Source: an uncultured Gammaproteobacteria bacterium
GTDB taxonomy: Bacteria; Pseudomonadota; Gammaproteobacteria; Competibacterales; Competibacteraceae
DNA: 64,000 nucleotides
NCBI GenBank assembly: GCA_963715845.1
Contig: CAVQSJ010000036.1
Location: 47,710 to 111,709, forward strand
Direction: 5' to 3'
Shown: piece after piece, positions 58,288 through 64,000 of the stretch
Layout of the letters: each line of letters starts with the position of its first letter
How positions within the stretch are numbered: position 1 is the stretch's first letter
Position numbers and translations under genes: made by a program
The notes under the pieces: model-generated
Told to the model about the DNA's origin: nothing
The model's input: the letters and a program-made list of their open reading frames with translations, nothing else
Databases searched by the model: none

Positions 58288-59025
58288 CGCACGAACCGCC
58301 GCGCCTGTTGTTGGTGATGCAGGCCCGCGACGCCAGCGCCGGCCGGTGCGGGCGCATGTTGCGGGAACGCGGGTTACCAGATCGATTATTGCTATCCGCT
58401 GGCCGGCGAACCGCTGCCGGCGGGCATGGACGGCTACGCCGGCGCGATGGTGTTCGGCGGACCGATGAGCGCCAACGACGATGGCAAGTTGCCCGGCATC
58501 CGGGCGCAACTGGACTGGATTCCCCACGCATTGGCCTCCGGTCGGCCGTTTCTGGGGATTTGCCTGGGCGCGCAACTGCTGGCGCGGGCCTTGGGCGCGA
58601 ACGTCAAACAGCATCCGGCAGGACTGGCGGAAATCGGTTATTTCGCGGTGCGGCCGACTCCGGCGGGACAGGCGGTGTTCGACGCGCCGCTCCACGTCTA
58701 CCACTGGCACCACGAGGGCTTCGCTCTGCCGGCCGGGGCCGAACTGCTGGCGACTGGGGAACGCTTTCCACATCAGGCTTATCGCTACGGCGCCAACGCT
58801 TTCGGGGTGCAGTTCCATCCGGAGGTGCATCAGAAGATTCTCGAAGCGTGGCTGGTGGAAGGAGCGAAGGAACTGACCGCACCCGGCGCCCAGTCGGCCG
58901 CCGAACAACGCGATCACCACACCCGCCACGACGCGGCGCTGGATCGGTGGTTCGAGGGTTTTTTGGAGGGGTGGCTGCGGGCTGGTGCTACTCACTCCGC
59001 GACAAAGCCAACTCAGCCAGATTGA
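58284..59025 (+). CDS. class I glutamine amidotransferase-like protein, frame broken near 58375
   Basis: The N-terminus [16 protein letters not shown]...RMLRERG continues in another frame as [32 protein letters not shown]...GICLGAQLL (catalytic Cys). An extra t in gggttacc accounts for the shift. Confidence 0.65.
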
Positions 59026-59353
59026 TGGGAAATCGGGCGTTTTTCATACCGTTCCAAGTCAGCAGGACCATCGTTGGCTTGCTATAGTGATACTCAGCGA
59101 TTGAGTTTTGGGGGAATGGACCGCGCCTCATGCGCAGGGCAATACGAACAAAGGAGAAACAATGACTGTTCAGCAATTCCCGCTCTCTTTATTTATGCCT
59201 GCTTTTTAATAAGGCCGTTGGTGATTATAAAACAATCCAATAATAAAGACAAAAAACACCCTTAGCGTTCAGAAACGCCCAATCAACTCTAATAAACATC
59301 ACCCTGCTTTTCAGACTAAAGAAAGAGAACACAGCCTACAGACCATCGAGAGA

Positions 59354-60724
59354 CTAAGAAGTGTTGGGCTGTAAGAATCCACCACCATGTCCATAAATAA
59401 TTGCACACCATAGTGACTCCCAATTTTTAATAAAGAACTCTTTAAAGAGTCCTTTGATTTTGATCCATAACGAGGTGCGCGAATGAAAACGCTGACGAGC
59501 TGCTTGGAAAAAAGCACAGCCGTATTCCTGCACTTGATCGATTAGAAAAGCCAGCATCATCAACATCGCGAAAACCGTCGCTAAATGTTGTTCCCCATGT
59601 CCGTAGTTGTGCTCAAACTCATAGTCTTGATGCTTCAGAGTGTTAAACGTCTGGTTTTCAATATGCCAGCGACTGCGACCTCCTTTCATCACGAAGTGGA
59701 CATTACCGGCCGTGAGTTTTATTTCGGTAATCCACGAAAAGTTAAATTCTTTGCCATCGCGAATCTCCCAATAGTCGAGAAAATTGACCAGCAGATCGGG
59801 ATGCGATTTATTCAAAGGAATCTCGTTAATCCACCGATAACCACGGAGAATCTTATCCTCTCCCAACACCTCAAATGCTTCGCTTTGACCCTTCAGGACG
59901 CGATTTCTAACCGCGAGAAATAGCGATTCCTGACCCTCGGGCTTTACCGAAATAATATAACCAATATTCAATTCTTTCAATAAGTTAATGTGAGGACCGT
60001 TCGCCGATAAGCTATCTTCGACCACGCGCAAAGGCCAGGTAGGCAAGGCTTCGCGAAGCTGTTTCAAGAGGCGTTTACTCGCATTCGCTTCACAGTCATT
60101 CTTGGTCGCGCCATCTTGATGCGTAATCGCTTCAGGAAAGAGAGGTAAGACTTGATCCCGATCCGGATGAACGATAACCGCCCCTAATAATTGATGATAA
60201 TAGCTCACTTGGCCATTTTTATGATGACGAACACAACATTCTGGGCAACTGATGAGTGATGAAGAGAATTGCCCCGTCCCATCCACACTGACTAAAAAAC
60301 CATCTAAATAATGGAAACCTTCCAAAAAATTTTGATGATACAATTGCTGGTGAATTTGAATGAAGGGTGCCCGAAGTTCTGCCGGATTGACCCGATCAAG
60401 GACGGATCGAAGTTGCGTATCACAGGGGGCTTGTTCAACACCATATAATGATTTTAGATTCGCTCGAATTCGCTCCTCATTACGTTGTTCATCAAACTTC
60501 AACAAGGAGGGATATTTCAAGCCAAAGATGGCCAAACCTGACATGAGGACATCGGGTAATGAAAATTGCTGACCATAACGGCGTGGATCAGGGATCTTTT
60601 CAAAAGACCGCCGAACCTGATTGAGCAGGGCAGGCGCGGATACGTATTTATTTAAAGAGGTTAGTGAAGGGGGAGAAGTTAATTTCTTCATGATCAAACC
60701 ATACCTGATAAATTTTAAATCCAA
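59354..60724 (-). CDS. DDE transposase, IS4-like superfamily (second, unrelated copy; the IS spans ~59.1-60.8 kb, AT-rich)
   Basis: ...GGRSRWHIENQTFNTLKHQDYEFEHNYGHG C-terminal motif; the start may be at 60691 (MKKLTSPP). Confidence 0.8.
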   Translation of the reverse strand: MDLKFIRYGLIMKKLTSPPSLTSLNKYVSAPALLNQVRRSFEKIPDPRRYGQQFSLPDVLMSGLAIFGLKYPSLLKFDEQRNEERIRANLKSLYGVEQAPCDTQLRSVLDRVNPAELRAPFIQIHQQLYHQNFLEGFHYLDGFLVSVDGTGQFSSSLISCPECCVRHHKNGQVSYYHQLLGAVIVHPDRDQVLPLFPEAITHQDGATKNDCEANASKRLLKQLREALPTWPLRVVEDSLSANGPHINLLKELNIGYIISVKPEGQESLFLAVRNRVLKGQSEAFEVLGEDKILRGYRWINEIPLNKSHPDLLVNFLDYWEIRDGKEFNFSWITEIKLTAGNVHFVMKGGRSRWHIENQTFNTLKHQDYEFEHNYGHGEQHLATVFAMLMMLAFLIDQVQEYGCAFFQAARQRFHSRTSLWIKIKGLFKEFFIKNWESLWCAIIYGHGGGFLQPNTS

Positions 60725-60812
60725 AACCTCTAAAAACTCAAAATCGAGGTTAAGAAGTACCCTTTATAATATATTGATTATATAGAACTTTTCAAGAGAC
60801 CGGGAATTGCTG

Positions 60813-61277
60813 ATGACTGTTCCAGATAATTCAAGGCTAATCTTCATCAGCTACAGCCATAAGGACAAAAAGCTGTTTCAGGAATTCAAGAAAATGCTGG
60901 CACCGGCCATACAGAAAGGCGTCGTTGATCTTTGGGATGACACCAAGATTGTGCCAGGAGCGAAATGGCGGGAGGAAATTAGAGCAGCGCTCGCATCCGC
61001 CAAGGTGGCGGTTCTCCTGGTTAGCCCAGATTTTCTGGCCTCGGACTTCATTGCAAAACACGAACTGCCACCCTTGTTGAAGGCGGCAGAGCAAAAAGGC
61101 GCTACCGTCTTCTGGGTCTACTTTAGCGCTTGCCTCTACGAGCAGACAGAGATAGCCGCTTATCAGGCAGCGCACAATATCTCGAAGCCTTTGGATCAGC
61201 TACCCAAACCCAAGCGCCAAGCCGTTTTTAGTGCGGTTTGCGCAAAGCTGATCGAGCTTGCCCAAAACCCCAAGTAG
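60813..61277 (+). CDS. TIR-domain protein (bacterial TIR_2-like)
   Basis: [16 protein letters not shown]...[17 protein letters not shown]...[25 protein letters not shown]. The conserved Glu lies in the KHEL context. Confidence 0.8.
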   Translation: MTVPDNSRLIFISYSHKDKKLFQEFKKMLAPAIQKGVVDLWDDTKIVPGAKWREEIRAALASAKVAVLLVSPDFLASDFIAKHELPPLLKAAEQKGATVFWVYFSACLYEQTEIAAYQAAHNISKPLDQLPKPKRQAVFSAVCAKLIELAQNPK

Positions 61278-63787
61278 GCCCATCGCCAACCATCGGCGCA
61301 GCGCCGGTGGGCCATAAAAACGCGCCCAAAATCGACCTCACCAAACTCCCCGCCGGCGCCGCCGACTTTCTTGGCCGCGAAGCTGAACTCAAGCTGCTGG
61401 ATGACGCCTGGGCCGATGTCGGCCATACCCAGGTGGTGGAACTGGTCGCGCCGGGCGGAGTCGGCAAAACCTCACTGGTCAAGCGCTGGCTGGATCGCCT
61501 CAAGGCCGAGGGCTGGCGCGGGGCACAGCGGGTGTATGGCTGGAGCTTCTTCAGTCAGGGCACGAGTGACGACCGGCAGGCGTCCGATGACAGCTTCTTG
61601 AGCGCCGCTCTCGGCTGGTTCGCGGTGGAACACGACCCTGCCCTCTCGCTCTGGGACAAGGGCAAACTCTTGGCCGACGCAGTGGCCGCCAGCCGTACCC
61701 TGCTGGTGCTGGACGGCGTGGAGCCACTGCAATACCCGCCCGGCCCGATGGCCGGTCAGTTGCGCGTCCCCAGCCTGAAGGCGTTGCTGACCCAACTGGT
61801 GAGTAGCGGCCAGCCAGGCTTGTGCATTCTCACCACCCGCGAGCGCATTCAGGACCTGGCGGAATACGAGCGCAGTAACGATCACCCCACCGGCGCGGTC
61901 GTCCGCCACGACCTGGGAAACTTAAGCGAAGCCGACGGCGCCCGGCTGCTGCACAAGCTTGGCGTCCGTCGCGCCGGCGCCGCGGACATCGCCGCCGACG
62001 ATGCCGCCGACGATGCCGAGCTGAAGCAAGCCAGCCTGGAGGTCCATGGCCACGCCCTCACCCTGAGCCTGCTCGGCAGCTTGCTCGCCGCCGCCTATGA
62101 AGGTGACATCCGCCAGCGCGACAAAGTCGAGTTCGATCAAGCCGACGACGAAACCCGAAGTGGCTACGCCTTCAAGGTCATGGCCGCCTATGAGACATGG
62201 TTCCAGCGCGAAGGCGAGCGGGGCGCTCGCGAACTGGCTACGCTGCGCTTGCTGGGCTTTTTCGACCGCCCCGCCGATACTGGTTGCTTGGCCGCCCTGC
62301 GCTGGGCCCCGCCCATTCCCGGCCTGACCGAGCCGCTGGTGGACTTGAGCACCGCCCAGTGGAACGTCACCCTAAGCCGGCTCAAAGCTTGCGGCTTGAT
62401 CGAACCGACCCAACCCGATTCGTCCGCCATCGACGCGCACCCACTGGTGCGCGAGTACCTGGCCAAGGGCTTGCGCGAGCGCCAGCCCGATGCCTGGCGC
62501 GAAGGCCACCGGCGGCTTTACGAGCACCTCAAGGCGAGCGTGCCTTACCGGCCGGAAGGACTGATCGGCCTGCAACCTCTCTACCAGGCCGTGGCCCACG
62601 GCTGCCTGGCGGGTTTGCAGCAGCAGGCTTGCGATGAGGTCTATCGCGATCGCATCCTCCGGGGAGCCGGGCATGGCGGGTACTACAGCGCAAAAAAACT
62701 CGGTGCGTTCGGCGCCGATCTGGGCGCGGTAGCCTGCTTTTTCGAGGAGCGTTGGCAGCGGCTGTCCCCGGCTCTGTCCGCAGCCGATCAAACCTGGTTG
62801 CTCAACGAGGCGGCCACCCGCCTACGCGCCCTGGGCCGGCTGACCGGGGCGCTGGAGCCGATGCGGGCGGGGTTCGATGGGGCGGTCCACCTTGAAGACT
62901 GGAAGAACGCCGCCATTCGCGCCAACAACCTGAGCGAACTGGAACTGACGCTGGGCCGGGGGGCGGCCGCGGTGCAGGATGGGGAGCAGGCGGTGGAATT
63001 CGCCGACCGCAGCGGCGATGCGTTTCTGCGCATGGTCAATCGCACAACGCTGGCGGATGCCTTGCATCAGCAGGGCCAACGCGAGCCGGTGCTGGAACGC
63101 TTCCGCGAGGCCGAAGCCATGCAGGCGCAGCAGCAGCCCGACTACCCGCTGCTCTACTCGCAGAGGGGCTTCCGCTATTGCGACCTGCTGCTGGCAGAGG
63201 CCGAGCGCGCCGCCTGGCAGCGACAACTGGCTCCCTCGCCTTGGCAGGGAGAAGGCCGGGGTGAGGGTATCGACGCCTGCCACGCCGTCGAGCAGCGGGC
63301 GGCGAAGACGCTCGACTGGTGGGTAAACCACTTTACCAACGCGCCGCTCCTCGACATCGCCCTCGACCACCTCACCCTCGGCCGCGCCACACTGCTCCGG
63401 GCCGTGCTGGACAATTCCGCATTCCGCACTCCGCATTCCGCATTAACCCAGGCCGCCAAGGAATTCGCCGACGCCGTCGACGGCCTTCGCGCCGCCGGAG
63501 ATCAGGAGTTCATCCCCCGCGCCCTCCTCACCCGCGCCTGGCTCCACGCCATCACCCACAACGCCACCGCCGCCCGCGCCGACCTGGACGAAGCCTGCCA
63601 GATCGCCTCCCGCGCCGACATGCGCCTGCACATGGCCGACATCCACCTGCACCGCGCCCGCCTGTTCCGGGACAAGGAAGAACTGAAAAAGGCCCGCGAT
63701 CTCATCGAGCAGTGCGGCTACTGGCGACGGAAGGAAGAGTTGGAAGATGCGGAGGCGGCATCGGCCCTTTGGGAAGCAAGAGAGTAG
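61238..63787 (+). CDS. NB-ARC/STAND P-loop NTPase with C-terminal TPR-like sensor repeats; may be a single ORF with the upstream TIR gene
   Basis: Walker [14 protein letters not shown] and Walker [10 protein letters not shown]. The N-terminus [24 protein letters not shown] is typical of the linker that follows an effector domain in TIR-STAND proteins. The ORF starts inside the TIR ORF in a different frame; an alternative start is the GTG at 61305. Confidence 0.8.
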   Translation: MRKADRACPKPQVGPSPTIGAAPVGHKNAPKIDLTKLPAGAADFLGREAELKLLDDAWADVGHTQVVELVAPGGVGKTSLVKRWLDRLKAEGWRGAQRVYGWSFFSQGTSDDRQASDDSFLSAALGWFAVEHDPALSLWDKGKLLADAVAASRTLLVLDGVEPLQYPPGPMAGQLRVPSLKALLTQLVSSGQPGLCILTTRERIQDLAEYERSNDHPTGAVVRHDLGNLSEADGARLLHKLGVRRAGAADIAADDAADDAELKQASLEVHGHALTLSLLGSLLAAAYEGDIRQRDKVEFDQADDETRSGYAFKVMAAYETWFQREGERGARELATLRLLGFFDRPADTGCLAALRWAPPIPGLTEPLVDLSTAQWNVTLSRLKACGLIEPTQPDSSAIDAHPLVREYLAKGLRERQPDAWREGHRRLYEHLKASVPYRPEGLIGLQPLYQAVAHGCLAGLQQQACDEVYRDRILRGAGHGGYYSAKKLGAFGADLGAVACFFEERWQRLSPALSAADQTWLLNEAATRLRALGRLTGALEPMRAGFDGAVHLEDWKNAAIRANNLSELELTLGRGAAAVQDGEQAVEFADRSGDAFLRMVNRTTLADALHQQGQREPVLERFREAEAMQAQQQPDYPLLYSQRGFRYCDLLLAEAERAAWQRQLAPSPWQGEGRGEGIDACHAVEQRAAKTLDWWVNHFTNAPLLDIALDHLTLGRATLLRAVLDNSAFRTPHSALTQAAKEFADAVDGLRAAGDQEFIPRALLTRAWLHAITHNATAARADLDEACQIASRADMRLHMADIHLHRARLFRDKEELKKARDLIEQCGYWRRKEELEDAEAASALWEARE

Positions 63788-63865
63788 TGCTTCACCCGAC
63801 CTGAGTTGACTTTAAGCGGCACATGAGTTTTCCTGGAAGGGTGCCCCCCGACCCGGAGTCTGACC

Positions 63866-64000
63866 ATGCCACTGCCGAAATACATCGTCCGCCTGACCAC
63901 TGAGGAGCGCACCGAACTGGAAGACCTGATTCATACCGGGAAGCGGGCCGCATCGGTGTTGATCCATGCCCGCATTTTGCTCAAGGCCGATGCCGGCGCG
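63866..64000 (+). CDS. IS630-family transposase, N-terminal HTH part (runs off the window end)
   Basis: MPLPKYIVRLTTEERTELEDLIHTGKRAASVLIHARILLKAD is typical of the IS630/Tc1-like N-terminus. Confidence 0.55.
   Translation, partial: MPLPKYIVRLTTEERTELEDLIHTGKRAASVLIHARILLKADAGA

Overview
This is a high-GC (~62-65%) proteobacterial chromosomal window whose conserved core genes are interrupted by several lower-GC accessory and mobile segments. Core content, left to right: a sigma-54 regulatory module (dCache histidine kinase, NtrC-type regulator, a sigma-54 promoter, a HisKA-only small protein and an OFA-family MFS transporter); xthA; a dTDP-glucose 4,6-dehydratase (rfbB) carrying a 515-aa LAGLIDADG intein; an M16 peptidase; a tightly coupled HscC-like Hsp70 operon (TPR protein, J protein, GrpE-like protein, Hsp70, Zn-ribbon protein); a short LOV photoreceptor; an aldehyde dehydrogenase with its DUF779 partner; a fused oxoprolinase/hydantoinase; glyA-nrdR-ribD and ribE-ribBA-ribH-nusB; a class II DAHP synthase; and a BrnT/BrnA toxin-antitoxin pair. 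Accessory content: (1) at ~21.66-29.37 kb, a co-oriented array of about nine integron-type gene cassettes separated by attC sites with GTTAGGC-type R' cores and GCCTAAC-type R'' cores, with no integrase in the window (CALIN-like); (2) at ~48.4-49.1 kb, an ORF-less group IIC intron ribozyme on the minus strand, inserted just after a terminator-like hairpin, next to an IS4-family insertion sequence and an ISKra4-like transposase gene; (3) at ~59.3-64.0 kb, a TIR-domain gene followed by an NB-ARC/STAND ATPase with TPR repeats, bracketed by an IS4-like element and an IS630-family transposase. Several otherwise conserved genes show single-base frameshifts, which suggests indel errors in the assembly rather than real pseudogenes. 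No rRNA, complete tRNA or CRISPR array was found.
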